Made by a program: the position numbers and the translations under genes. The notes below the pieces were generated by a model, which was not told where the DNA came from, made no database searches, and saw nothing but the letters and a program-made list of their open reading frames with translations. From Octopus sinensis (taxonomy: Eukaryota), in the NCBI RefSeq assembly GCF_006345805.1, contig NC_042999.1, positions 141,112,001 to 141,176,000 of the forward strand: a stretch of 64,000 nucleotides of DNA, written 5' to 3'. Shown piece by piece: positions 52,455 through 64,000 of the stretch. How positions within the stretch are numbered: position 1 is the stretch's first letter; every line of letters starts with the position of its first letter.

Positions 52455-52667
52455 CTCTTTACTAAAGGCACAAGGCCTGAAATTTTGGAGAAGGGGTCTA
52501 GTCAATTACATCAACCCCAGCAATTCACTGATACTTAATTTATCAACCCCGAAAGGATGAAAGGCAAAGTTGACCTCGATGGAATTTGAATGCAGAACAT
52601 GAAGACAGACGAAATACCGCTAAGCATTTTACCCGGCATGCTAACAATTCTGCCATCTCGCCACCTT
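52455..52667 (-). mobile_element. tRNA-derived SINE family A, near full length
   Basis: Collinear with the other family A copies. The A-box and B-box are on the minus strand. Confidence 0.85.
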
Positions 52668-53744
52668 CACCTAGTGATAATACTAGTTATTGTTTCTTTA
52701 TTTGCAACATTTGAAGGGAGTGTACAAGAACAAATTGGAGAAATGATAGGGGGTTTAAGCTGAATCAATTGTGGAGAAGGGGAAACAGCCATGAAAAACA
52801 AAGGAATGAAGAAAGGAATGAAAGGAGACATTCTTGTAGTGGACAGCTCCTTCAAAACAGTTGGTGAAACCCACAGATTTTGGATTATGCAAGTGTCTCC
52901 TCACAGATGTGTTTCTGGTGTACAGATTCATGCTGAGAGTGTCAATGCAACTTGGTTTGAGAATAAAAATATATACCTATATCCATGTGTATTTAGTCTT
53001 GTGAAATATGACAAGATATTTTGTCTGGCAAAATATCTTGAGTTCTTCCATCCTACACCCTAATAATACTTTTATTAATATTGACTTCTAAAATTGGTAC
53101 AAGGCCAATTTTTCTTGTTTGCTTATAGCTGATTAAAGTACTTCAATGATACTATTTATTGATCTAGAAAGGAAGAAAAGCAAACTCAACTTAGGTGGAA
53201 TTTGAATTCAGAATATGAAAAGCTGAAACTAAATACTACAAGGCACTTTATTCAGTACTCTAAAAATGTTGTCATCCTCCATCATTTCTCTATCTTCCAT
53301 ATTTAATTGTTTCTGATTTACATGAAAGACCATCATTTTTAAGGAGAGGGTAGGTTAATCAATACCATTGACCCTAGTATATGACTGATACTTTATCTTA
53401 TTGACTCTGAAAGGATGAAATGCAAAGTTGACCTTGGCAAATTTGAACTCAGAATGTAAAAAGCCAGAACAAATGTTACAAGTTATTTTGCTTGAATCTT
53501 TAACATCCTGTCTACTAAATGAGATGATTTTTAAAATGAGAATATCTGAAATAAACTCGACTGCTCTCACAAACAAGAATACTAAAAATGAACCCGACCG
53601 CTCTTAAAAATTAAGTAAAAAAACCAGTAAGATAATCCGGAAATCTTGTCCGGTACCTGATCGATCTCAGTGGTAGTCATGGAATATGAAGATGGGTGTG
53701 TGAGCTGTATTTGTAATGCTGTGTGTGTGTGTTGTCTGCAGTGG

Positions 53745-54390
53745 GAATAGGAACAGTTTACATCGACCCCAGAATTTCACTGGTACTTAATTTATTGACC
53801 CTAAAAGGATGAAAGGAAAAGTCAACCTCAGGCTTTGAACTCAGAACATAGCAATGGGCAAAATACCGCTAAGCATTTCGTCCGGCATGCTAACAATTCT
53901 GCCAGCTCACCGCCTTAACAATAATAATAGTAATATAATTATAATCCTTTCTATTACAAGCACAAGGCCTGAAATTTTCAGGGTGGTAGGTAAGTCATTT
54001 ACATTGAGTCCAGTGCATAACTGGCACTTATTTAATCAATCCTGAAAGGATGAAAAGCAAAGTCGACCTTGGTGGAATTTGAACTCAGAATGTAGTGACG
54101 GGCAAAATATTGCTAAGCATTTCATCCAGCATGATTCTGCCATCTTGCCATCTTAATAATAATAATAATAATAATAATTTCTACTATAGGCACAAGGCCT
54201 GGAATTTGGGGGAGGGGACTATTTTATTACATTGACCTCAGTATTCAACTGGCACTTATTATACCAACCCTGAAAGGTTGAAAGGCAAAGTTGACCTCAG
54301 CAGAATTTAAACTCAGAACATAAGGATGGACAAAATGCTGCTAAGCATTTTGCCTGGTGTGTTGACAATTCTACCACCTCACCACCTTAT
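53745..54390 (-). mobile_element. Head-to-tail array of three family A SINEs
   Basis: Copies at ~53745-53916, 53945-54153 and 54178-54388, separated by (AAT)n. Confidence 0.85.
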
Positions 54391-57249
54391 AATAATAATG
54401 ATAATAATAGTGTAACTAAGCCAAACCAGAGAGAGAAAAAGCTAGATCCTATTGCTATAGAAAAAGTCAGTCAATAGACATAAAATGTTGCTGTATTAAA
54501 AAACCATCCAGTCCATGCTAGCATAGAAAAATAGATATTAAAATGATAGTGCTGGTGTAGATGTATAGATGATATATAGTCTTACTACTATTGAATTGTG
54601 ACTGAAGTCTCAGATATAGTCGCATAGCTTTTAGTAATGCTACTATAATTGCTAACTTTTTAAATTGCTACTATAATTTATAAGCTTGATAGTATCATTG
54701 TTAGTACTTGTACTGTATATGTTTCTATTGAACACTGGTTAAAGTTTATAGGTATTAGGTTTTATAGTAATTACTGCCATAATTGGTAATATCACGCTAC
54801 AGTTAATGGGAAACACTCTTATATAATAATGGTACTTATAGAATTAGGTAGTAGAGTTATAGTATTATCTCAACTGGTAATATTATCTGTTGGTATTTCC
54901 AGCCTAGCTTGCAATAGTAATGATCTTTATGTGACTATTTCAAATCATAGTAATAATTTAATTAGAAACAAGGTCCTTTTTTTTTCTTTCTTTTTTTTTC
55001 TTTTTTTTTTTTTAGATGATGAATGTAGAAAGAGTACAATGGACAAGTCAATTAAGAATAGCATTTCATCTATAGGCTGGCAATCCAGTAATGTTACCAG
55101 CACTACACCACTTCCATGGCCCAGTCCACTTTAAGTACAGCTCCCAGCTGTGAGCAATAGCCATACTATATTCAACTCCTGTGGGTGTATCCAGCCTGGT
55201 GGTGTTCAATCCCATTGGTTTCATCAACATTCTTAAAAGATACTTTTATTGATTATGTAAGGTAGAGTAATGGGTTTGATCATTTAACAACATACATCAA
55301 AATCAAGTATAAAATTGCCCTCTGGTATGTTTCTAGTATTTCTGTCATCAGTCTTATGCAATGAAATCAACCTGGGTAGGATCTAAATTCGGAAATAGGA
55401 ATGAGCTGAATTTAAAATAGTACTTATTTTATCATTCTCTTGAAAGACAGAAGGGAAGTGAAACCCAGAGACTTGAAATGCAAAGTTCATCCAGGGATTT
55501 TATAAACTCAAAACTCAGAGAAATAAAACTAAACACTGAAAGCATGTAGTTCTGCTGCTTTTAACAATTTTGATTCTCTGCACCAATAGTTCAAACTAAT
55601 ATTGTCTTGAATCTCTCCACCAATTAATAGATGCTAATTATATTAGCATTATTTGACTAAATAATTAACACTAATATAATTAGTGTTAGTTATTTGAAAA
55701 AACTGGGTGTAAAGCTAGATATTTTTTTTTTTTTATAGGAGGAGTGTAGTTGATTAAACTGACCCCAGTATTGTAATTTTTCTTATTCTTTCACACCAGA
55801 AAGAATAAAAGGCAGATTGGCGATGAGTTGGATTTGAACTAAAAATATAGAAGGATTAGATTAAATACTGCTCTACTACTTCTGCTGAGTCAACACTCTT
55901 CTACAATCTTATTACAATAATATTATATACAGGGAAGCATTTTACTAAACATAGTTAACACTTAGTATTGACTGCGTTGAGTCATAACATTCATCTTGCA
56001 GACATGCTCACTAAATATTGGTACTACTACCATTTCTACTGCCATTATTACTATTATTCTACAAATGGCAGTACTATGAAGTACTATGCTAAATATTGAC
56101 GTTTTACATCATAAGTACAGAACATTCAGATTTGTAAGTGAGAGTAGACTGAAATTGTGTGATGTTCATGCTTTTCTTAAAATCGCCATTGGTGGAACTC
56201 TTTTAGAAGATATTGATTTCTTATGCAGGCAAAAGGGCTTTGATTTATAAGGGAGAAGGAAACAGTGGGTTTACATTAATATCTCTTTGGAAGGTATTAA
56301 CAGATAAATGAGTAGTTCCTTTTCTATGATTGTGTTCAAAATTGGGCTACAGTATTATTCTGAATGGGTCAGAAAGGCTACTTTTTAAATATTTGTAAAA
56401 TATTCATGAATATGTTACACAATTAGCCATAGGTATAAGGTCAAGAATGCAACATTTACTGCAGGCAAAAACTAAGAAAATATTTCCACCAGAAAATTAT
56501 CAAATGTTGATTTCATTAAATTAAGTCTATGGATTTTTTTAATTTAAAAAAAGGGGTTGTGAAGGATTTACTAAAATGGGTCATGATGACAAATTGTTAA
56601 GAAGTGCTACATCAAGAATGTATTGATTTATTTTATGTGTGATAATACCTCAGATATGCAGAGAGGAAGGAAATGAGATTGGAAGAGGTTCATACTTTTC
56701 TCAAAGGTATTAGTAATTGAAGTGAAGTAAAATAACTGAAAATCAAAAATAAGGTAGATTTTGGTTTGCTAAGAGCTTACTTTCTTTTCAACAATTGTTT
56801 TATATTATATATTAGAATATTAACATCATCTAAGTAAATATAAGACCATGTTTTTATTGCACAGGATGGAGACATAGTCAATTGAATCAACTATAATCAC
56901 TATATTGCATAACAACGAGAAAGTTTCTATGTGATCCATTGACTGTGTAAACATTTCTACTGTCTTAAAGAAAGAACACATTAGATAATGTAATCCTGGA
57001 TATACTGTAACTGGAAAAATGCTGGATGGTCATGACTGGAATGCTTTCAGTCATAGAAGTACTTGTTCTGAGATGACCTAGGGCTAAAAAACATCTGCAA
57101 CCACATTATTTAACTGATTGCGTTCATGAGTATTGAAGTGAGTTGTAGGAAGATGTGAACTCAGGAATAAATAGACTAAGTACTTATGAAGTTTTAAGTA
57201 AAGTTAGTTTAAAATAACAAAGTTGTGTTTGAATACGAATTAATGTATG

Positions 57250-57299
<50 letters not shown>

Positions 57300-57358
57300 C
57301 TGATGTTGTTAATGTTGTCATCATATATGTATATGATGTGTCTCTGTGTGTGGGTAAG

Positions 57359-57422
<64 letters not shown>

Positions 57423-57720
57423 AAATTGTGTGTGTTTATATATATGTATATATGTCTGTCTATGCTGGGTATGACTTTAAACTGCATCCAGTAGTGGAGC
57501 CATGGTATGGGAATTCGGGTGTTTTGAGGAGTGTGGAACTATCTCTAAGCCACTACTGTTCCCAGGTCTAATCTGATCTGGTGTAGTAGCACCTGAGAGA
57601 ATCCCAGCTATGTGAACCAATGGGAATGAAGAATCCCTGGTTCTTATTACAACTTCCTTGTAGGAAAAAGTAAAGTTATATAAAAATCCTGAAGAGCAGT
57701 TGGTTTTTTGGTTGTCTCAG

Positions 57721-57762
57721 CTGCTGTTGTATCACTTGTGTTATGGCTGATTGTACTGAAAA
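57721..57762 (+). CDS. Candidate isolated 42-nt internal exon (unverified)
   Basis: Acceptor tggttttttggttgtctcAG and donor AA|GTGAGT. The length is a multiple of 3, and the phase-1 frame reads xAVVSLVLWLIVLK (hydrophobic, TM-like). No partner exons were identified. Confidence 0.2.
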
Positions 57763-59257
57763 GTGAGTTCAGTACATCTATGCTAATATATCAAAACAGA
57801 GGTTCTAAAAGCATAATGGTGTATGCACACAACTGAGCCCCTTGCCCAAAGTGTTCCAGTCAAGCCTTCCACTGCTTTTCTCCCACACCTTTCATCTCCT
57901 GTCACTCATCCCTCCATCACTCTTGTGTCTACTGCATTATTATTCTGTTGCTGTAAATAAATGAGGGCAGAATTATTTTTCATGTCATCTCTTCCTGTAC
58001 TACCAATTTTTCTTCTCTCCTGAGCCACTTTTCATCAACATCCAGCTCTCATTCCTAACCCATCACCACTACTCATATCAACCATCAACCTCTCCACATT
58101 CACACTTGTTTACTATTCATTACATTCACCATTACATATTTCCTCTGACCACTTCCACCCCTCTCTACTCATCTGTCACTCTCTTCTTCATTCATTGTAG
58201 ACTTTACCCACCTCATCTCCCTACCTCTCACCCCTTTATCCCTTTTCTATCCACTGAGTTATTCCATTGCTCATTACCCTTTCTGTGATGCTAGTCATCA
58301 CCTCCTTTGAGTCTCTTCTATTGGCATTTAACTTTCATTCTTATCGCCATCATCCACCCCCACCATCTAACTCTCATTCTTATCACCCTCTCCCTGAGCT
58401 ACATCTGTTGATATCCATTCCTCATTATTATCACTATCCTTACTACTTATATTTACTATCAACTACCCACTCACCATTATTCACTATTCACTTATATCCA
58501 GCCCCTTGTTCCTCACACCTTCACTCCTACCTGTGTTTCTAGCCATCTCTCATTCTCCCCCTACACTCTTATAACCTTTATCCACCTTACCTGATCTTCT
58601 GACACCACTCTACTCCATTTTCTTTCATCTACCCATATGTAATGCAGGGTAGCCATAAATCTTGTCCACAACTGACCTGTTCCTTCCCTTCTATTGTACT
58701 GTAATCCTGGAATATCTCATATAGGCCCTCTACTATTTTCCAACTCAGTCAAGAAGATTTGCAAGTTACAAGGTGACTTCACTAGTGCTGGTGCCATGTA
58801 AAAACACAGTACATATTGTAAAGTAGTTGGTATTAGGAAGAGTATGCAAATATGTCATAACTGAGACGTTAAAGCAAGATGTGGCCTCCTAACCCATCAG
58901 AATTTATCAAACCATTTGATCCATGCCAATATAGAAAGCTGATGTGAAATGATGATGTATATATACTTGGTGTCCAATAAGGAAGGGAACATTTAAATAG
59001 GTTTTATATTTAAATACCCAACAGGTTTATGGGATGCATAATATGTATGTATGCATGCACATGTATTTATATATGCAGTTGAATAGTTTACTGGTTCCAC
59101 ATGTATAGTGATACGGTTGTTTTGTGTTTATGCTAAGTGTGATTTTATTATGCAACAGAGCCTTTCATCATTATTGTTATTATTATAGTCATAATTGTAA
59201 GTTTACAGAAAATATGCAGCTCTCTTTGCTTTTCATTACCTCATGCTAATGAAAGAT

Positions 59258-59409
59258 GGATGGATGGATGGATGGATGGATGGATGGATGATGGATGGAT
59301 GGATGGATGGATGGATGGATGGATGGATGGATGGATGGATGGATGGATGGATGGATGGATGGATGGATGGATGGATGGATGGATGCATACACACACACAC
59401 ACACACACA
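59258..59409. repeat. (GATG)n tetranucleotide microsatellite followed by (CA)n
   Basis: Seen directly. It explains the MDGW/HPSI ORFs. Confidence 0.95.
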
Positions 59410-59917
59410 GAGTAAAACTGACACTTAAAACAATTGTAACTGTACTCACCTATGCTCTCCTCTTTCTTTCAAAAACACACTCTTTCTCTCTTTCAAATAC
59501 ATACACATGCATGCTGACACATACACAAATATATACATACGCAAATATAGATGCATGTTCTAAATATGCAGTCATTCATTCTCCTTCTGTGTCTTTCTTT
59601 CCTTCTCTCCCACAAGTATACAATGTCACAGACAAACACATTACATTAATTGATCAAATACTCATCTTCTCTTCCTCTTTTCACTAATTCTCTCCTTTTA
59701 AACCTCCTCATTATATGTGTATGTTTATTTGTTTGTAATCTAATTCTTAGGACCAACTTATAGATTATTTATTACAGATCTTCAATGATTCATTTTGATC
59801 TGGGAACCCCCATCTTACATTGTTTGGGATCCAATGTAGTAATTTGAGCACATTACATTCTAATTTGGTATCTGGCATGTTTTGTTTGTTATATCCTGAT
59901 ATAATGATAGTAATTAA

Positions 59918-60134
59918 TCCTTTTACTACCATATTCCTGTTGAAATACACTGTCTTTGTTCCATTTAATTTTGAAAATAATGAGGAATTTATTAAAATAG
60001 CTATCATTATTAAGCTGGTGTTTGGAATATAAATTAACAAATTTCAGCAGAAGCTATTAATTTAGATCACTTTAAAATGGTGAATTTGTATTGTTGAACA
60101 AGAGGTATTCTTAGGTGGGTTGACATCAAAAGAG
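59918..60134. mobile_element. Non-autonomous TTAA-flanked MITE (piggyBac-like), copy 2
   Basis: TTAA at 59914-59917 and 60135-60138. The interior is homologous to 320-531 (taccatatt.ctgttgaaata..., ttaatttagatcactt). Confidence 0.6.
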
Positions 60135-60829
60135 TTAAAGTAGAGAACCACAAGGTTACTTCTGTTGCTGTTGAAATATCAAGTCTTCAGGATTTTACTT
60201 GTGAGGATTGGCAGCCCAGTACAAAGTTTGGACTAAAAGAGAGATTTGTTGAGTGTATTTGTGTCTGTAGTTATGTGTTGGTTGTTTACTTATTAATACC
60301 ATTGCACTTATACTGATTGAACTGAGCTGACTTATGGCAAGGTAGGGACTATTCAATGACAGCTTAGTTCAATTTGATGTCTGCTGATGAAATGCATGAC
60401 CTTACATTCTTAAAGACCAATGAAACTGTGGTCAATGTTTAGAACCTGGTCCTTTGCCTTATTATTTGGTACTTATTTATTGAGTCATTAATAAAGAAAA
60501 CAGAAATGAAAGACAAACCTCCACTCCCCTCTCTTGTCTAGGTTTGAACTCAAACAATTTCTTCCCTCTGTTAGGAGAATATTAATAATTTTGACTGTTA
60601 CTGATCTATCTGTAGTGTCACAAACTGACATTAGAGACATTTTTTCTCTGGTCGTTGTTGCAAGGATGAGCAGTAGCAATGATGGTATACTGTACTAAAC
60701 ATCTTACTGTATTTAGTTTCATCATCACTCTTACAGATTAGTGGCTTTGTGCCAATCATAGAAATTAATAATAATGATAATAATAATAGTAATGACAATA
60801 ATGATGATGATGATGGTGATGATAAGGTA

Positions 60830-62729
60830 TTCGATTGGCAGCGAGAGTAGAGTAGCAAGTGAATTACCTAGTGCTATTTAGTTACATTTCTTTATGTTGA
60901 TTTAAAATTCTGTAGGGGTTGCTAAGTTGAATACCAGTCACCTAGAATCAGTACAGCAGCAAGAAAATGCCTTGTGGTATTTTATCATATCCTTTTGCTT
61001 TCTGATTTCAAACCCCATTGAAATCAACATTGTCTTTTATCTCTCTAGAGCTGAAATAGTCAATTATTGGGCTTGATACAAATGACTATTCTCTTTCCCA
61101 AAATGTGTGGCCTTGTTTCTAAATTAAAAATCATCGTTGACATCAATCATCATAATAATTATTAATTTTTTTTTTTTGTATTAAGGTATTGGAGTGGCAC
61201 AGACTGTACAATGGTAGTAACTAAATGACGTGTAGTATTTAGTTTCTTTTAGTTACTTTCTGAGTTCAGATCCTGCCAAGGTGAACTTCACCATTTGATA
61301 CCACTGTGGTCTTAAAATGATAGCAAACAAGTACTGAGGTTAATTTAGTTGACCATTCTTTCTCTTCTACAAATATATGGCCTTGTGCCAATGAAAGAAA
61401 TCTTTGGTTCTTAGATTTAGTCAGGTGGTATATTTATATGTGTGTTCAGGTGAAAGTAAAGGTGGAAATAGGAGAAGTAAGAGAGACTGTATAGATGTGG
61501 TGGGGAGGAAGAGACAGTAATGGTGGGGAGAAGTTAATGGGAGAGGAGCAGAAAGACTGGTGGGATTGTTTTTCTTTTTATGTGTGTGTAAGTGGTTCAA
61601 TTCAATTTCAATTTACTCAATTTATTTTCTTTGTACGCAAGTAGAGATGAATTAAAGATGTATTTAGTTGTGAACATTTGTTTTTATTTGTGGGTGTGAA
61701 GTGTGAGAAGAAAAGATGGCAGCATGGGAAGGGAGAAGGAGGAGAGTTGAGACAGAGACAGAGATCGTGTGTGGTAAAGTGACAATGAGAGAGAGAGAAA
61801 TTGTTTATGTGCATCGCTATGTGTGGGTGTCTCTGTCTGTCTATCTAAAAGCCCATACTTAGCCGGCAGTCTATTTCAAGCCTACACATATAAAATCATC
61901 TTTTCATCTTAATGACAACTCTTGTCTCTCATTTTCCCCATCATCACATCAGTCAAGCTCCTGTTACATTGGCCTTACCTTATTTATTTGGCTTTTGACA
62001 AATAAAATGACAACTAATTCTGCTAATCATACTGCTATTACCTTTACCAACACCACCAATTACTGCTGCTATTCCTACTATTATTACTATTACTACTACA
62101 TCTTAGATATAAAATTCATTCTTTAGCAGGTTCAGGGTACCTTTTTTTTATCTACACTGTGTCATTGAAGACAGAATCAGTAGAACAGTACTGAGAAAAA
62201 TATCTGGTAGTATTTAGTTACATTCCTTTCCATTCTGATTTTAAATCCCACCAGGATCAGCTTCACTTTTCACTCTCCCTGAATCAATAAAATAAATGTC
62301 AAGCTTTGGAGTTAATTACATTGAAAACACTAATTTTTCCCAAATTTAGAAAGACAAAATTAATTTCGGGTTCCTCTTGAAGTGAAAGGTGAGAGTAGAG
62401 AGGGGGATGTTGCCCTACTGTATATTGAAAAGTAGCTGAGAGTGGCAAGTACAGCTAGAGTAAATAGGTCCTATCCCCAGTATGCATCTTTAGGCTAGGG
62501 AATACCGCTGGAACAGGGCACCTGCCCTTGATAGCTAAGGTAATTTTGGATCTCTAGGGCTCCTTGATTACTAAGGTGGCAATCTTTTTTAAAGGAATTT
62601 TTCCTATGTGTACATACTGTGTCAACTGTCATTATTCATGTCATCCAGTTTCAATGTAAACCCCCACATTTAACCTGTCTCTGTAATGTCTCTTCAACTG
62701 TTACCTTTGTGCCAATAATACAAGATTAT

Positions 62730-62767
<38 letters not shown>

Positions 62768-64000
62768 GCTTCAGATTTTGGCACAAGGCCAGCAATTTTA
62801 GTGAGAATGGGTTGGTCAATTACATTGACCCCAGTGCTCAGTTGTTACTTATTCTATCAATGCCAAAAGAATGAAAAAAAAGTTGGCTACGGTTGAATTT
62901 GAACTTGGAATATGAAGAAATGCCATTAAACATTTACTCTAATGCCCTAAGATTTTACCAGCTCATTATGATAGCAACAACAACAATAATAATAACAATA
63001 ATTTCTTATACCAGTACAAGGGAACAAACTTCAAAAGGATGGGAAGTGTATTCTGAACCTAGTATATTACTATTACTTATTTATTGTTACCAGAAGGATG
63101 GAAGACAAAGTCAACCTTGGCAGGTTATCAACATTGAAAAACATAACTATTATTAGAACCCCACAGCCTTAGGTGTTGTTTTAATAGTGATAATTTAAAA
63201 GTGATAATTCACTGACCACTTTTGCAAGGAATGATTGCATAATCCAATTGAATGGGCCTTAGTGTATTACTGATATTTTTTAACACTTCACCCCACCCCC
63301 AATGATGTTTAACATTGCAGAATATTTATTTTGTCAATAAAATGCTGTAAAGCACCTAATCTGGCTAAAAACTATCTAGGGACTTCGCAGAAATGGAGAA
63401 ATGTCAGAGTAATTGAACTGAATATTTTGCTGTTTTTGCTTACATCCCTTTATGTTCTGAGTTCAAATACAACAAGGGTTGTTTGTATTTTCCATCATCC
63501 AGGGTGCCAGTGAAATAAGTACCAGTCAAATAGTTGCTTCAATCTCACCAATTACACCTTTTCTACAAATTTGTGGCCTCCTGCCTACATAAGATACAAC
63601 AACTATTATCATCATCATCATCATCAACATCACCATCATGCAAGCAGCAAACTGGTAGAACTGTTACAACATCGGAGATAATGCTTTACTATATTTCTTC
63701 CAGCTCATTGCGTACTGAGTTCAAATTCCACTGAGGTCAACATTGCCTTTCATCCTTTCAGGGTAGATAAATGAATACCAGTTGATCACTGGTGCTTATT
63801 TTATCAATGTTGATGTAATAGACTTGCCACTCTCTTACTGTTGCTGGCTTTGTGCCAAAATTTGAAACTACTACTACTACTTCTATTAAGGCAGTAAGCA
63901 GGCAAAGTTAACACACTGGACATAATACTTTGCAGTATTTCTTTCAGCTCTTTATGTTCTCAGTTCAAATCCTACCAAGGTCAACTTTGCCTTTTATCCT
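60830..64000 (+). mobile_element. Cluster of decayed family A SINEs, mostly plus orientation
   Basis: Plus copies at ~60830-61110, 61180-61400, 62170-62300, 63400-63590, 63660-63870 and 63890-64000. Minus copies at ~62770-62960 and ~63010-63130. Confidence 0.7.

Noticed and set aside
52791-53063. 90-aa ORF with GCCATG start and an internal 12-bp hairpin (53012-53040)
   Set aside because: No recognisable domain. The minus strand ends in AATAAA plus a short tail like a LINE 3' end, so this is probably an antisense frame of a retroelement remnant.
56229-56293. Exon-like segment KRALIYKGEGNSGFTLISLWK resembling the inositol-pentakisphosphate 2-kinase N-terminal Y(R/K)GEGN motif
   Set aside because: The DNA aligns to the decayed antisense tail of a family A SINE (…ggcacaaggcc…gggggagggg…ttacatc), so the peptide similarity is most likely coincidental.
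56654-56706. Exon-like segment YAERKEMRLEEVHTFLK resembling the methionine synthase C-terminus
   Set aside because: It is a single short motif with no conserved upstream residues and no other exon of that gene in the window.
6592-59687. Most ORF-track entries (poly-L/I, HT, CV, IY, ER, MDGW, HPSI repeats)
   Set aside because: They are translations of (ATT)n, (CA)n, (AT)n, (GA)n and (GATG)n microsatellites or of SINE interiors, with no domain-like sequence.

Overview
This is eukaryotic, strongly AT-rich, repeat-saturated non-coding DNA (intronic or intergenic). The SINE/LINE/MITE complement and dense microsatellites match what I recognise from coleoid cephalopod, most likely Octopus, genomes; the taxon is inference, not checked. 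I cannot support any host protein-coding gene, tRNA, rRNA or CRISPR array. Almost all entries in the ORF track are microsatellite or low-complexity artefacts, and the only convincing protein sequence belongs to decayed retrotransposons. These are a 5'-truncated RTE-clade LINE at 36.3-38.1 kb (-) with a PHD-like finger after its RT, a second RTE lineage with C-terminal C2H2 fingers at 43.3-44.2 kb (+), smaller RTE pieces, and an L1/Tx1-clade LINE at 38.8-40.0 kb (-). The window also holds at least three tRNA-derived SINE families (one copy with a clean 13-bp TSD), two non-autonomous Helitron-like elements and several MITEs. The most notable structures not explained by standard TE annotation are (i) a Penelope-like terminal module with a degenerate minimal hammerhead-ribozyme core, arranged as an inverted pair with a tRNA-like head (15.4-15.75 kb), and (ii) three local duplications of otherwise unique sequence between 19.5 and 36.2 kb: a ~550-600 bp inverted block with a 42-nt identical core, a ~200 bp direct pair sharing an open frame, stop and AATAAA, and a 154-bp 97%-identical inverted pair. 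All alignments were done by eye.
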